DNA from: an uncultured Alphaproteobacteria bacterium
GTDB taxonomy: Bacteria > Pseudomonadota > Alphaproteobacteria > HIMB59 > GCA-002718135
Assembly (NCBI GenBank): GCA_902575815.1
Contig: CACGTA010000002.1
Location: 10,845 to 74,844, forward strand
DNA: 64,000 nucleotides
Direction: 5' to 3'
The translations under genes were made by a program, and so were the position numbers. Below are positions 10,157 through 21,692 of this stretch, piece after piece. The number at the start of each line of letters is the position of its first letter. Within the stretch, counting starts at the first letter, position 1. A model generated the notes under the pieces. That model had not been told where the DNA came from and ran no database searches. It saw nothing but the letters and a program-made list of their open reading frames with translations.

Positions 10157-12196
10157 TTATGCTGCCTTATTTAAAATATCTTTAGTACATTTTGCCATTG
10201 TTTCAGAAGATCTAGAAATAGAATCATTCATATAAAAATTTTCAATGTTATATTTAATTTTAATATTCTCAATTTTATTATTTTTAGCAAAAGTTATTTC
10301 GCCAATAGAATTAACTTCATTTAAGAGAGCAAATTGACCATAGGTACTTGTAAGCTCATTTCGAAGCTCCCCAAGATTATTAAAATTTAAATTTTTTTCA
10401 AATAAATCACTTAAAACTCTAAAAATTTTCCACTCCTCTTTTGCTTCACCTATTGGATTATGACACTTAGTTGTTTGAATAACTCTACCTTCTATATTCA
10501 TATAAGTAGAACTTTTCTCAGTATATGCAGGGGTTGGTAAAATTATATCAGCTATAGATGCTGAAACATCTCCATGATGACCAAGATAAACAACAAAAGC
10601 ATTTTCAAATGTTGAAATATTTATCTCATCTAACCCCATTAAGAAAACTACAGGCTTTGTTTTATCAATATGTTTTTTTAATTGTTTATTGTAATCATTA
10701 TCAAATTTTTTATTATAAAATTTCAAATCTAATGCTCCTACTCTAGAAATATCTTGGTTAAGAATATTTAATGGATTTGTATTTTTATTTTTTTGAATTT
10801 TTTTCGCAATTAATCCTGCAGTTTCTAATATTTTTTTTCCATGATCATTATTTATTGCTGAAGTACCTAATATTATAAGTGGGTTTTTTGCAGATTTTAA
10901 AACTTTATTGAATTCAGATTTATTATTAGATAATTTATTAAGGTAATCTAAAGAATCAGATAAATGATGATAATCGTAAGTCAGATCTAATTTAGGACCT
11001 ATAAGACCAATTTTGCAATTATTTTCAATATATGCCTTTCTAATTCTAGCGTTTAGTACCGCTGCTTCCCATCTAGGATTTGATCCGATTAAAAGAATAG
11101 CATCAGCCTTTTCAATTTCTTGAATTGTTGAATTAAATTTATAACTAGAAGATGAATTATCGATAATTTGTGTATTATCAAATCTGCAATCATAGTTTTT
11201 TGATTTTAGTGAATTGCTAAATTTTTGTGCGGAATAGATAGTTTCAATATCGGTAAACTTACCAGATAGGAATACAGTATTTTCTTTACCTCTTTTTGTA
11301 ATTTCTTTTTTTATTAATTCAAATGCATTATCCCATGAAGATTTTTGGAGTTTTTTATTTGATTTAGTATATACATTATCCAATCTCTGACTTGAGAGTC
11401 CATCAACTGCAAATCTAGATTTATCACTTATCCATTCTTCATTGGTTTCTTCATTTATTCTAGGAAGAGCTCTTAAAACTTTTTTTCCTCTTGTATCAAT
11501 CCTTATACTTGAGCCTACACCATCAAACACATCAAATGTTTCTGTCTTGGTTAGCTCCCATGGTCTAGATTTAAATGCATATGGTTTACTTGTTAAAGCA
11601 CCTACAGGACATAAATCAATTACATTTCCAGATAACTCTGACTCAATAGTTTTTTCTAAGTACGTCGTGATCTCAGCATTTTCACCTCTGCCAAGTAATC
11701 CTATATCATCAACACCCGCAACTTCTGTAGAAAACCTTACGCATCTTGTACAATGTATACATCTTGTCATAATTGTTTTGACAAGTGGTCCCATATTTTT
11801 ATTTTGAACTGCTCTTTTATTTTCTTCATATCTAGTTTTATCAAAACCATAATACATCGCTTGATCTTGAAGATCACATTCTCCTCCTTGATCACAAATA
11901 GGGCAATCCAATGGATGATTAATGAGAAGAAACTCCATTACACCTTTTCGAGCTTTTTTAACTGTTTCTGTTTTTGTTTTTATAACCATTCCATCTGCAG
12001 CTGGCATGGCACATGATGCAATAGGTTTTGGAGCTTTTTCCATTTCTACTAAACACATTCTACAGTTTCCTGCTATTGAGAGTTTTTCATGATAACAAAA
12101 TCTTGGAATTTCAGTTCCTGCTTGTTCACAAGCTTGCATTACGGTCATGCCGTTTTCAAATTCGTATTCTTTATTATCAATTGTTATCTTTGGCAC
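10157..12196 (-). CDS. nuoG: NADH-quinone oxidoreductase subunit G
   Basis: IPRFCYH, AGNCRMCLVE, HPLDCPICDQGGECDLQD, RCIHCTRCVRF; GTG start. Confidence 0.97.
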   Translation of the reverse strand: MPKITIDNKEYEFENGMTVMQACEQAGTEIPRFCYHEKLSIAGNCRMCLVEMEKAPKPIASCAMPAADGMVIKTKTETVKKARKGVMEFLLINHPLDCPICDQGGECDLQDQAMYYGFDKTRYEENKRAVQNKNMGPLVKTIMTRCIHCTRCVRFSTEVAGVDDIGLLGRGENAEITTYLEKTIESELSGNVIDLCPVGALTSKPYAFKSRPWELTKTETFDVFDGVGSSIRIDTRGKKVLRALPRINEETNEEWISDKSRFAVDGLSSQRLDNVYTKSNKKLQKSSWDNAFELIKKEITKRGKENTVFLSGKFTDIETIYSAQKFSNSLKSKNYDCRFDNTQIIDNSSSSYKFNSTIQEIEKADAILLIGSNPRWEAAVLNARIRKAYIENNCKIGLIGPKLDLTYDYHHLSDSLDYLNKLSNNKSEFNKVLKSAKNPLIILGTSAINNDHGKKILETAGLIAKKIQKNKNTNPLNILNQDISRVGALDLKFYNKKFDNDYNKQLKKHIDKTKPVVFLMGLDEINISTFENAFVVYLGHHGDVSASIADIILPTPAYTEKSSTYMNIEGRVIQTTKCHNPIGEAKEEWKIFRVLSDLFEKNLNFNNLGELRNELTSTYGQFALLNEVNSIGEITFAKNNKIENIKIKYNIENFYMNDSISRSSETMAKCTKDILNKAA

Positions 12197-13470
12197 TAGG
12201 CTACCCTTCTGTTTCTTTCTTCAATTCTTTTTTCAATTTCTGGTCTAAAGTGTCTAAACAAACCTTGAATAGGCCAAGCAGCAGCATCACCTAAGGCACA
12301 AATAGTATGACCTTCAATTTGCTTAGTCACATCTAAAATTTTATCAATATCTTGATGTTCAACATTTCCATGAACCATTTTTTCCATCATTCTGTACATC
12401 CATCCAGTACCTTCTCTGCAAGGTGTACATTGACCACAACTTTCATGCTTATAAAAATGTGATAATCTGGCTATTGCTTCCACAATGTCTGTTGATTTAT
12501 TCATTACAATAACAGCCGCAGTGCCTAATCCACTTTGCACTTCTTTTAGACTATCAAAATCCATTTTAACAGTATCACAAATAGACTTAGGTAATAAAGG
12601 CACACTTGCACCTCCAGGAATTACAGCTAATAAATTTTCCCAACCACCAATTACACCACCTGCATGTTTTTCAATAAGTTCTTTTAATGGTATCCCCATT
12701 TCCTCTTCTACATTGCATGGGTTATTAACATGTCCTGAAATACTAAAAATTTTTGTACCAGTATTGTTGACACTTCCTAAATCAGCGAACCATTTTGAAC
12801 TACGTCTTAAAATAGTTGGCGAGACAGCGATTGTTTCAACATTTGTAACTGTTGTTGGACATCCATATAAACCTGCACCAGCAGGAAATGGAGGCTTTAA
12901 TCGGGGCTGACCTTTTTTACCCTCTAAACTTTCAAGTAAAGCAGTTTCTTCACCACAAATATATGCTCCTGCTCCTCTGTGAAGATAAATATCAAAATCC
13001 CACCCTGTACCGCACGCATTTTTACCAATTAAATTGTTTTCGTAGGCTTCATCTATTGCTTTTTGTAAATTAGAAGATTCAGAATAATATTCACCCCTTA
13101 TATAAATATAACAAGTATGTGCATGCATTGCAAAGGCAGCAACTAAACAACCTTCTAAAAGAAGATGTGGGTCGTTTCTCATAATCTCTCGATCTTTACA
13201 TGTACCTGGCTCTGACTCATCTGCATTAACAACTAGGTAATGATCTTTTCCAGAGTCTTTTGGCATAAATGACCACTTAAGTCCCGCAGGGAAACCTGCT
13301 CCTCCCCTTCCTCTTAATTGACTATTTTTAATTTCCTCAACAATTTTTTCGCTACCCATTTTAATAAGTTCTTTAGTATTTGACCAAATACCTCTTTTTT
13401 TGGCACCTTCTAATTTCCAGTCTTCAAAACCGTATAAATTTTTAAAAATTTTATCTTTTTCCTTAAGCAT
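12196..13470 (-). CDS. nuoF: NADH-quinone oxidoreductase subunit F
   Basis: [42 protein letters not shown]; likely start MLKEKDKIF at 13470. Confidence 0.97.
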   Translation of the reverse strand: MLKEKDKIFKNLYGFEDWKLEGAKKRGIWSNTKELIKMGSEKIVEEIKNSQLRGRGGAGFPAGLKWSFMPKDSGKDHYLVVNADESEPGTCKDREIMRNDPHLLLEGCLVAAFAMHAHTCYIYIRGEYYSESSNLQKAIDEAYENNLIGKNACGTGWDFDIYLHRGAGAYICGEETALLESLEGKKGQPRLKPPFPAGAGLYGCPTTVTNVETIAVSPTILRRSSKWFADLGSVNNTGTKIFSISGHVNNPCNVEEEMGIPLKELIEKHAGGVIGGWENLLAVIPGGASVPLLPKSICDTVKMDFDSLKEVQSGLGTAAVIVMNKSTDIVEAIARLSHFYKHESCGQCTPCREGTGWMYRMMEKMVHGNVEHQDIDKILDVTKQIEGHTICALGDAAAWPIQGLFRHFRPEIEKRIEERNRRVA

Positions 13471-14062
13471 CAAATTTTCTTTCAGGTTGTGATGATTTTC
13501 TACCAATTTGTGAACCTACTTTTATTGATTTATTATCTTTTAAATCTTGAAGTATTTTTTTAAAACTCTCTTCATCTAAATCTTCGTAATAATCATCATT
13601 GATCTGGACCATAGGAGCATTGCAACATGCACCTAAGCATTCAACTTCAACAACTGTGAATATTTCATCGTCACTTGTCTCGCCTATATTAGTTTCGCAA
13701 ACTTCTTGTGCAACTTTAGACAGTTTATCACTCCCTCTTAACCAACAAGGTGTCGTTCTACAAATTTGGACAAAATTTTTACCAATAGGTTCTAAATTAA
13801 ACATCGAATAAAAAGTGGCAACTTCCAACACTCTTATATAAGACATACTTAGAGTTTCAGCTACTTTTTCCATTGAGTTTTTACTTAGCCATCCATTATT
13901 TTGTCTTTGCGCTAAATCAAGTAAAGGGATAACTGCGCTTTGAATACGGTTTGATGGATATTTTTTTATTATTTCAGAAATTTTTTTAAAATTTTCTGAT
14001 GACCATTCAAAATTATCATTAATTTTTTTATATACTTTATTATTTGTACCAGGATGATGCAT
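13463..14062 (-). CDS. nuoE: NADH-quinone oxidoreductase subunit E
   Basis: [15 protein letters not shown] and [10 protein letters not shown] 2Fe-2S ligands. Confidence 0.96.
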   Translation of the reverse strand: MHHPGTNNKVYKKINDNFEWSSENFKKISEIIKKYPSNRIQSAVIPLLDLAQRQNNGWLSKNSMEKVAETLSMSYIRVLEVATFYSMFNLEPIGKNFVQICRTTPCWLRGSDKLSKVAQEVCETNIGETSDDEIFTVVEVECLGACCNAPMVQINDDYYEDLDEESFKKILQDLKDNKSIKVGSQIGRKSSQPERKFDA

Positions 14063-15240
14063 TATCTATCTATCTCTCCAAAAACAATATCTAAGCTACC
14101 TAGTATAGCGGCTATGTCTGCCATTAAGTGACCTTTAGATAAATGATCCAATGTTTGAAGGTGTGCAAAACCTGGTGCTCTTATTTTGCATCTATATGGT
14201 TTACTAGATCCGTCAGAAACAAGGTAAACGCCAAATTCACCTTTTGGAGCTTCTACTGCACTATAAACTTGACCAGCTGGAACACGGTAACCTTCGGTGA
14301 AAAGTTTAAAATGATGTATTAAAGCTTCCATTGATTTTTTCATTTGATTTCTTTTAGGAGGTGTAATTTTATTATCTTCAATTGATATTGGACCTGGTTT
14401 GATTTTATTTAAACATTGGTTAATAATACTGATGCTTTGTCTCATTTCTTCTATGCGTACCAAATATCGATCAAAACAATCACCTTTTTTTCCAACAGGA
14501 ACTTCAAAATCAACTTGATCATAGGCGTCATAAGGTTGAGACCTTCTTAAATCCCATGCTACTCCTGTGCTTCTTAACACAGGACCCGAACACCCCCATT
14601 CAATTGCCTCTGACTTTGAAATTATTCCTATATCAACTGATCTTTGTCTTAATATTCTATTATTTGTCAGCAAGCTTTCAAGATCATCAATAAATATTGG
14701 AAAAGTTTTAAAATGCTCAAATAATTTTTCTTCCATTCCTTCTGGCATATCCTGATGAACGCCACCAGGCCTAAAATAGGCTGCATGAAATCTTGCCCCA
14801 GATACAGCTTCATGAAATTCTAAAAGCTTTTCCCTTTCTTCAAAACACCATAAAAATGGTGTCACTGCACCAATGTCAGCTGCATAAGCAGGTATATTTA
14901 ATAAATGATTTAGTATTCTTGTAATTTCAGCAAAAATAACACGAATATATTTAGCTCTTTCAGGGACATTAATACCTAAGAGGTTTTCAGTTGCTAGTGC
15001 AAAAGCGTGTTCTTGGCACATTGGCGAAACATAATCAAGTCTATCAAAATAAGGAACTGCCTGAAGATAAGTTTTATATTCAATTAATTTTTCTGTTCCC
15101 CTATGCAACAATCCAATATGTGGTTCCGCTCTTTGAACTACTTCACCTTCCAACTCAACTACTAAACGTAAAACACCATGCGCCGCTGGATGTTGGGGGC
15201 CAAAGTTAATTGTAGTTGTATTAAGCTCTACTTCTTTCAT
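14062..15240 (-). CDS. nuoD: NADH-quinone oxidoreductase subunit D
   Basis: [25 protein letters not shown]-terminal DIVFGEIDR. Confidence 0.97.
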   Translation of the reverse strand: MKEVELNTTTINFGPQHPAAHGVLRLVVELEGEVVQRAEPHIGLLHRGTEKLIEYKTYLQAVPYFDRLDYVSPMCQEHAFALATENLLGINVPERAKYIRVIFAEITRILNHLLNIPAYAADIGAVTPFLWCFEEREKLLEFHEAVSGARFHAAYFRPGGVHQDMPEGMEEKLFEHFKTFPIFIDDLESLLTNNRILRQRSVDIGIISKSEAIEWGCSGPVLRSTGVAWDLRRSQPYDAYDQVDFEVPVGKKGDCFDRYLVRIEEMRQSISIINQCLNKIKPGPISIEDNKITPPKRNQMKKSMEALIHHFKLFTEGYRVPAGQVYSAVEAPKGEFGVYLVSDGSSKPYRCKIRAPGFAHLQTLDHLSKGHLMADIAAILGSLDIVFGEIDR

Positions 15241-15822
15241 TTAATTGTCATCACTAGATTTCTCATCACCAAAAAGTTTGTTTTCCATTCCTTCCCAAGG
15301 AGATTCACTATCAAAATTTCTAAATTCTTGAGTTAACTTAACAGGCTCATATATTACTTTTTTTTCAAGGTCGTCATAGCGAACTTCTGTGTGTCCTGTT
15401 AAAGGAAAATCTTTGCGCAATGGATAACCTTCAAAATTGTAATCAGTCATTATCCTTCTTAAATCAGGATGGTTGATGAATTCTATTCCAAATAAATCAT
15501 AGCATTCTCTTTCATACCAATCCGCAGATTTGTGAATATTAGTTATTGATTCTATTTTTTCATTTTCTTTAATAAAAGTTTTAAGAATAATTTTTTTATT
15601 TTTTGTTAAACTTTGCAAAATATAAATCAAATCAAATCTAAATTCTCTTGAAGGATAGTCAACAGCTGTAATATCTAATAATTGATTAAAATTAAGCTCA
15701 GTCTTATCTTTTAATTCGTTAAAAATTTTTATAATATTATTTTTTTCAAATTCTATTTCTAGCAAATTATTATTCTCTAAAATATTATTTATTCCATCTA
15801 TTTTAGTAAGAATTTTAATCAT
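15241..15822 (-). CDS. nuoC: NADH-quinone oxidoreductase subunit C
   Basis: WYERECYDLFG, HPDLRRIMTDY, PLRKDFPLTG. Confidence 0.96.
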   Translation of the reverse strand: MIKILTKIDGINNILENNNLLEIEFEKNNIIKIFNELKDKTELNFNQLLDITAVDYPSREFRFDLIYILQSLTKNKKIILKTFIKENEKIESITNIHKSADWYERECYDLFGIEFINHPDLRRIMTDYNFEGYPLRKDFPLTGHTEVRYDDLEKKVIYEPVKLTQEFRNFDSESPWEGMENKLFGDEKSSDDN

Positions 15823-15828
15823 ATAAAA

Positions 15829-16341
15829 TTATCTTTTAAATTTATTTTCTCTTCTAATTTTTTTCTGAAGTTGCAATATGCCGTATACTAATGCTTCTGC
15901 TGTTGGAGGGCATCCTGGTACGTAAACATCAACGGGAACTATCCTATCACACCCTCTAACTACTGAATACGAATAGTGATAATATCCACCACCGTTTGCG
16001 CATGAACCCATTGATATTACCCACCGAGGTTCAGGCATCTGATCATAAACCTTCCTTAAAGCTGGAGCCATTTTATTCGTTAGTGTTCCAGCAACAATCA
16101 TTACATCAGATTGTCTAGGGCTACCTCTTGGTATGACTCCATAACGATCTAGATCATATCTTGCCATGTAAGAATGTATCATTTCAACTCCACAACATGC
16201 CAACCCAAATGTCATTGGCCACAAAGAACCAGTTCTAGCCCATGTAAGAATTTTATCGTAGCTAGCAACTAAAAAACCTTTAGAGGATAATTCTGTATTT
16301 AGAGTATCATCAACAAATTTTTTTGAATCATCTACTCCCAT
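15829..16341 (-). CDS. nuoB: NADH-quinone oxidoreductase subunit B
   Basis: [26 protein letters not shown]; likely start MGVDD at 16341. Confidence 0.96.
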   Translation of the reverse strand: MGVDDSKKFVDDTLNTELSSKGFLVASYDKILTWARTGSLWPMTFGLACCGVEMIHSYMARYDLDRYGVIPRGSPRQSDVMIVAGTLTNKMAPALRKVYDQMPEPRWVISMGSCANGGGYYHYSYSVVRGCDRIVPVDVYVPGCPPTAEALVYGILQLQKKIRRENKFKR

Positions 16342-16697
16342 TCTAGAGCTCCTTTTTTCCATTCATAAATGAAACCTATTGTCAAAACTGTTAAGAATAT
16401 CATCATTGACCAAAAACCAAACAAACCAATTTTACCTAATGTTATTGCCCATGGAAATAAGAAGGCAACTTCTAAATCAAAAATTATAAATAGAATTGCT
16501 ACTAAATAAAATCTTACATCAAATCTTCCACGAGCATCGTCAAATGCTTCAAATCCACATTCATAGGCTGATAATTTTTCTTGGTCCGGTTGAGAATCTC
16601 CTACTACAAATGATAATAAAGTCATTCCAATGGCCAATGCCAATGCTATAAAAATAAAAATTAAGATAGGTAAATATTCAAGTAGAAACGCTGACAC
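16332..16697 (-). CDS. nuoA: NADH-quinone oxidoreductase subunit A
   Basis: [33 protein letters not shown] start. Confidence 0.97.
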   Translation of the reverse strand: MSAFLLEYLPILIFIFIALALAIGMTLLSFVVGDSQPDQEKLSAYECGFEAFDDARGRFDVRFYLVAILFIIFDLEVAFLFPWAITLGKIGLFGFWSMMIFLTVLTIGFIYEWKKGALEWE

Positions 16698-16797
16698 TAT
16701 AATCTCACAATTAAATTAGTAATGTATTTAACGATTTATTCAACAATAACAACGTGTCTAGTTGCGACTTTAGTACACAAAAAAACACTATAATAAG

Positions 16798-16874
16798 TGG
16801 CGCGAGAGACGGGATTCGAACCCGCGGCCTCTGCCGTGACAGGGCAGCGTTCTAACCAGCTGAACTACTCCCGC
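16798..16874 (-). tRNA. tRNA-Asp(GTC)
   Basis: Cloverleaf GCGGGAG...CTGCC-CT-GTC-AC-GGCAG...TTCGAAT...CTCTCGC-G-CCA, 77 nt. Confidence 0.97.
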
Positions 16875-16877
16875 GCA

Positions 16878-16953
16878 TGGTGGGTGTTGAGAGACTTGAA
16901 CTCCCGACCCTCTCGGTGTAAACGAGATGCTCTACCAACTGAGCTAAACACCC
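16878..16953 (-). tRNA. tRNA-Val(TAC)
   Basis: GGGTGTT...TCTCG-TT-TAC-AC-CGAGA...TTCAAGT...AACACCC-A-CCA, 76 nt; tandem with tRNA-Asp. Confidence 0.97.
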
Positions 16954-16988
16954 AAATAAAAGCGGCTGTTAAATTTATTTAACAGCCG
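16954..16988 (-). terminator. Hairpin downstream of hup (putative intrinsic terminator)
   Basis: Inverted repeat CGGCTGTTAAAT/ATTTAACAGCCG followed on the minus strand by CTTTTATTT. Confidence 0.6.
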
Positions 16989-17005
16989 GCGCAAGAAAAA
17001 AATAA

Positions 17006-17281
17006 TTAATTATTTACTGAATCTTTTAAAGCTTTTCCTACAGTAAACTTAGGTCTTTTAGATGCTGGTATTTGAATTGATTCACCTGTTCTAGGGTTTC
17101 TGCCAGTAGTTGCTTTTCTATGGCTCACACTAAAATTACCAAACCCAACAATACTAACCTTTTCATCTCTTTTTAAAGAATTGGTTATAGCATCTAAGAA
17201 ACTTTCAATTGCTCTAGTTGCGTCAGATTTTGATAGTCCTGCTGAAGATGCTACAGAAGCGATAAGATCATTTTTGTTCAC
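17006..17281 (-). CDS. hup: DNA-binding protein HU
   Basis: MNKNDLI, GFGNF, GRNPRTGE; GTG start with AAAGGAGA RBS; follows lon. Confidence 0.96.
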   Translation of the reverse strand: MNKNDLIASVASSAGLSKSDATRAIESFLDAITNSLKRDEKVSIVGFGNFSVSHRKATTGRNPRTGESIQIPASKRPKFTVGKALKDSVNN

Positions 17282-17418
17282 TTTTAATCTCCTTTAATAA
17301 AATTTAATTGATAATTGTCTGTTTTCCCAACAAGTCAACATTATTATAAAAATTTTCCCAGAAATAAAGGAATTTAACAATAAAACGGCTAAATTATTAG
17401 ATTATTTACAAACAAATA

Positions 17419-19785
17419 TTAATGAGTACTGGTTGTATTTTGATTATTTTTTAATTGAGATTCGGTCAAATTTAAGGGTATTATTGATTTTGTTAAAGTG
17501 TGCTCAAGAATTGAAAACGCATCAGAAACAGGAATTATCTTAATTCCTTTAATAACTTCTTTATCAAACTCTGAAACTTCTCTGAAATTTTCTTGAGGTA
17601 TAAGTATTTTTTTAATTCCGGCTCTACTTGCTGCATAAATCTTTTCTTTTAAACCTCCAATTGGAAGTACTCTACCTCGTAATGTAATTTCTCCTGTCAT
17701 GGCCACATCTCTTTTAATCTTATTATTTGTTAATGAAGATACCAATGAGTTAAAAATAGCTATACCTGCACTTGGACCGTCCTTTGGAGTAGCTCCCTCA
17801 GGTACATGTATATGAATATCATAAGTTTCAAAATCCTTTGGATTTATTCCTAAACTTAGTGATTTAGACTTTACATATGACGTAGCTGCTTGAATTGATT
17901 CTTTCATAACATCACCTAATTTACCAGTAATAGTCAATTTTCCTTTCCCTAAAGATAAAATAACCTCAACCGATAAAATTTCTCCACCCACCTCCGTCCA
18001 TGCTAAGCCATTAGTAACACCAACCAAATTCTTTTTTTCAATTTCACTTGATCTAAATTTAGCAATACCAAGAAGATCTTGTAGTGATTTCTCGTTTAAG
18101 TTAATTTTTTTTATTTTTGTGGTTTCTAATTTTTTTACTGTTTTTCTACAAACTTTGGAAATTTCTTTTTCAAGATTTCTTACTCCGGCTTCTTTTGTAT
18201 AATTTCTAATAATTGAGTTTAAAACTTTTGTATTAAATGAGATCTCGGATTTTTTTATTCCATGATTTTTTACCTGCTTAGGAACTAAGTATCTTTTTGC
18301 AATTTGGTTTTTTTCTTTCTCAGTGTAACCAGGTATTCTTATAACTTCCATTCTGTCTAGAAGAGCAGGTGGAATATTAAGTGTATTGGCGGTACAGACG
18401 AACATTACATCTGAAAGATCATAGTCAAGTTCCAAATAGTGATCATTGAATTTGCTATTCTGCTCAGGATCTAATACCTCCAAAAGTGCTGAAGAGGGGT
18501 CGCCCCTCCAATCAGAGCCAAGTTTATCAATTTCATCTAACAAAATTAGTGGATTAGAGGATTTTGATTTTTTCATTGCTTGGATAAATCTACCTGGCAT
18601 AGATCCAATATATGTTTTTCTGTGACCTCTAATTTCTGCTTCATCTCTCACACCACCTAAGGACATTCTAACAAAACTTCTTCCAGTGGAATTTGCTATA
18701 GATTTACCTAGTGAAGTTTTACCAACTCCTGGCGGTCCTACCAAACATAATATTGGACCTTTAAGTTTGTCTGTTCTTTTTTGAACGGCTAAATATTCAA
18801 GAATTCGTTCTTTAACTTTTTCCAATCCATAGTGATCTTTTTCTAAAATTGATGATGCTTTATTAATATTTTTGGAAATTTGATCTGGATTATTCCATGG
18901 TATTGACATTACCCAATCTAAATAATTTCGTATAACTGTTGCTTCAGCTGACATCGGACTCATGTTTTTTAATTTTTTAATTTCTGATATGCATTTATCA
19001 TTAGCTTCTTTAGAAAGGTTAAGCAGGTTTATTTTCTTTTCTAATTCTGCGATCTCATCCAAATCTTCATTTTCACCAAGTTCTTTTTGGATGGCTTTCA
19101 TTTGCTCATTTAGATAGTATTCTTTTTGTGTTTTCTCCATTTGTCTTTTGACACGACCTTTAATTTTTTTCTCTACTTGAAATGAATCAATTTCAGATAC
19201 TAAATAGCCATATACTTTATTGAGTCTATCTTCAGTATTTAAAATTTCTAAAACTTCTTGTTTTTGAGCTAAAGAGATTGAAATATTAGATACAATTATG
19301 TCAACTATTTTGTCAGCATCATTTAATGATTTGACATTATTAATCACATCTATTGAAACCTTTTTATTTATTTTTTGAAACTCAACAAATTGTTCAATGA
19401 TAAGTTTTTGTAAGACTTTTATATTTGTTTTTCTTTTTGTTTTTTGATTAATCTCAATAATTGAAGCTGTAATAAATTCTTTATTAAAATTAATTTTTGA
19501 GACTTTAGCTCTTTGAATACCTTCTACTAAGACTTTAAGAGTGCCATCAGGTAACTTTAATAGCTGTATTACTTTAGCAATTGTCCCAACTGAATATAAA
19601 TTTTCTTTGTTAGGATTATCGACTTTAGAATTTTTTTGAGAAAGTAAAAATATTTTTTTATCTCCAATCATTACATGATTGAGGGCTTTCACTGATTGCT
19701 CTCTTCCAACAAAGAGAGGTGCGACCATATTTGGGAATACGACAATATCTCTAAGAGGAAGAACTGGAATTATACTTTTAGCCAT
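17419..19785 (-). CDS. lon: ATP-dependent Lon protease
   Basis: PVLPLRD, GPPGVGKTS, PKDGPSAG, catalytic Lys in GGLKEK. Confidence 0.98.
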   Translation of the reverse strand: MAKSIIPVLPLRDIVVFPNMVAPLFVGREQSVKALNHVMIGDKKIFLLSQKNSKVDNPNKENLYSVGTIAKVIQLLKLPDGTLKVLVEGIQRAKVSKINFNKEFITASIIEINQKTKRKTNIKVLQKLIIEQFVEFQKINKKVSIDVINNVKSLNDADKIVDIIVSNISISLAQKQEVLEILNTEDRLNKVYGYLVSEIDSFQVEKKIKGRVKRQMEKTQKEYYLNEQMKAIQKELGENEDLDEIAELEKKINLLNLSKEANDKCISEIKKLKNMSPMSAEATVIRNYLDWVMSIPWNNPDQISKNINKASSILEKDHYGLEKVKERILEYLAVQKRTDKLKGPILCLVGPPGVGKTSLGKSIANSTGRSFVRMSLGGVRDEAEIRGHRKTYIGSMPGRFIQAMKKSKSSNPLILLDEIDKLGSDWRGDPSSALLEVLDPEQNSKFNDHYLELDYDLSDVMFVCTANTLNIPPALLDRMEVIRIPGYTEKEKNQIAKRYLVPKQVKNHGIKKSEISFNTKVLNSIIRNYTKEAGVRNLEKEISKVCRKTVKKLETTKIKKINLNEKSLQDLLGIAKFRSSEIEKKNLVGVTNGLAWTEVGGEILSVEVILSLGKGKLTITGKLGDVMKESIQAATSYVKSKSLSLGINPKDFETYDIHIHVPEGATPKDGPSAGIAIFNSLVSSLTNNKIKRDVAMTGEITLRGRVLPIGGLKEKIYAASRAGIKKILIPQENFREVSEFDKEVIKGIKIIPVSDAFSILEHTLTKSIIPLNLTESQLKNNQNTTSTH

Positions 19786-19815
19786 TTATTATAAATGTTC
19801 ATATAATCTTGAAAT

Positions 19816-21081
19816 TCAAGAGTTGTTTGACATTAATTTTTGATTACTTTCTTTATTTGAATAAATCAATATTGGATCTGAATTTCTTTTAATTACCTCT
19901 TTATTTATGACAACTTTGTATAAATTTTTTTGATCAGGGACCTTGTACATTATATCCATTAGTGCATCTTCAATAATAGACCTTAAACCTCTAGCTCCTG
20001 TATTATGTGAAACAGCTAATTTAGCAATTTCCTCTAATGCATCCTGTTTTATTTCTAATTTAACTCCATCCATTTTTAAAAGTGATTCAAATTGTTTGAC
20101 AATAGCATTTTTTGGCTGTGTCATTATTCTAATTAGCATTTCCTCATTTAATTCACTTAAAGTTGTAATTACTGGAAGCCTGCCAATAAATTCAGGGATC
20201 ATTCCAAATTTAAGTAGATCCTGATTTTCTAATTTTTTTAGAGAGTTCCCTATAGTTTTCTTAGGTTCTATATCTAGTTTAGAATTAAAACCTATAGCAG
20301 TTCCTTTAAGTCTATAATTTATAATATCCTCTAATCCTGAAAATGCACCTCCACATATAAAAAGAATATTTGATGTATCTACTTGCAGAAATTCTTGTTG
20401 GGGATGTTTTCTTCCTCCTTGTGGTGGTACACTTGCTATTGTTCCTTCCATAATTTTAAGTAATGCTTGTTGAACACCTTCACCAGAAACATCTCTCGTA
20501 ATTGAAGGATTATCACTTTTTCTTCCAATTTTATCAATCTCATCAATATAAACTATACCTTTTTGTGCTCTTTCAACATTATAATCAGATGCTTGTAATA
20601 GTTTTAGAATTATATTTTCTACATCCTCTCCAACATATCCCGCTTCTGTTAAACTTGTTGCATCAGCGACAGTAAAAGGAACATCTAATATTTTAGCTAA
20701 TGTTTGTGCTAAAAGTGTCTTACCTGTTCCAGTTGGACCAACAAGAAGAATATTTGACTTAGATATTTCGACATTATCATTTTCAGAATTTGAAGATAGT
20801 CTTTTGTAATGATTATACACTGCAACTGATAAAATTTTTTTAGAATCTTTTTGACCGATCACATAATCGTTTAAAAATTTATTAATTTCAGATGGTTTGG
20901 GTATCTCTTTTTTAACTTTAAATTTATTATTCTTATTATCCTCTTTTATAATATCCATACATAATTCAACACACTCATCACATACAAAAACTGTAGGGCC
21001 CGCGATTAATTTCTTTACCTCCTTTTGGTTTTTGCCACAAAAGGAGCAAAATAAAGAATCTTGATCATTTTTCTTTGTCAT
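19816..21081 (-). CDS. clpX: ClpX ATPase subunit
   Basis: CSFC..CDEC zinc finger, [21 protein letters not shown] loop. Confidence 0.98.
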   Translation of the reverse strand: MTKKNDQDSLFCSFCGKNQKEVKKLIAGPTVFVCDECVELCMDIIKEDNKNNKFKVKKEIPKPSEINKFLNDYVIGQKDSKKILSVAVYNHYKRLSSNSENDNVEISKSNILLVGPTGTGKTLLAQTLAKILDVPFTVADATSLTEAGYVGEDVENIILKLLQASDYNVERAQKGIVYIDEIDKIGRKSDNPSITRDVSGEGVQQALLKIMEGTIASVPPQGGRKHPQQEFLQVDTSNILFICGGAFSGLEDIINYRLKGTAIGFNSKLDIEPKKTIGNSLKKLENQDLLKFGMIPEFIGRLPVITTLSELNEEMLIRIMTQPKNAIVKQFESLLKMDGVKLEIKQDALEEIAKLAVSHNTGARGLRSIIEDALMDIMYKVPDQKNLYKVVINKEVIKRNSDPILIYSNKESNQKLMSNNS

Positions 21082-21692
21082 TATTTTCTTCCTTTAACTA
21101 CTTTGTCTATTAAACCAAATTTAATTGCTTCTTCAGCAGAGAAATATTTATCTCTTTCCATGATACTTGAAATTTCCGATAATTTCTTTCCTGTATGTTT
21201 TGAGTAAATTTCATTTAGTTTCAATTTGGTTTTTTTTATTTCATTAGTTTGTATTTCAATATCTGTAACCTGTCCTTGCATACCGCCACTAGGTTGATGA
21301 ACCATAATTCTTGAGTTTGGAAGAGAAAATCTCATTCCTTTTTCACCTGCAGTTAAAAGAAGGGATCCTGCAGAAGCAGCTTGTCCAATACAAATAGTCA
21401 TAATTTTAGAAGAAACATATTGCATAGTATCATAAATTGCCAACCCTGACCAAACAATACCACCCGGAGAATTAATATAAAAAGAAATTTCTTTTTTTGG
21501 ATTCTCAGATTCTAAAAATAAAATCTGGGCACAAATTAGACTTGCAACGTTATCATCAATTGGTCCTGTTAAAAAAATTATTCTTTCTTTTAACAATCTT
21601 GAATAAATATCATACGATCTTTCACCTCTTGATGATTGCTCAACAACCATTGGAATTAAGTTATTTGTAATATTATCTATCGGATCTTTCAT
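21081..21692 (-). CDS. clpP: ClpP protease proteolytic subunit
   Basis: [32 protein letters not shown]. Confidence 0.98.
   Translation of the reverse strand: MKDPIDNITNNLIPMVVEQSSRGERSYDIYSRLLKERIIFLTGPIDDNVASLICAQILFLESENPKKEISFYINSPGGIVWSGLAIYDTMQYVSSKIMTICIGQAASAGSLLLTAGEKGMRFSLPNSRIMVHQPSGGMQGQVTDIEIQTNEIKKTKLKLNEIYSKHTGKKLSEISSIMERDKYFSAEEAIKFGLIDKVVKGRK

Noticed and set aside
16797..16982. 61-aa ORF MARETGFEPAAS...
   Set aside because: It is the antisense reading of tRNA-Asp and tRNA-Val, a classic false ORF.
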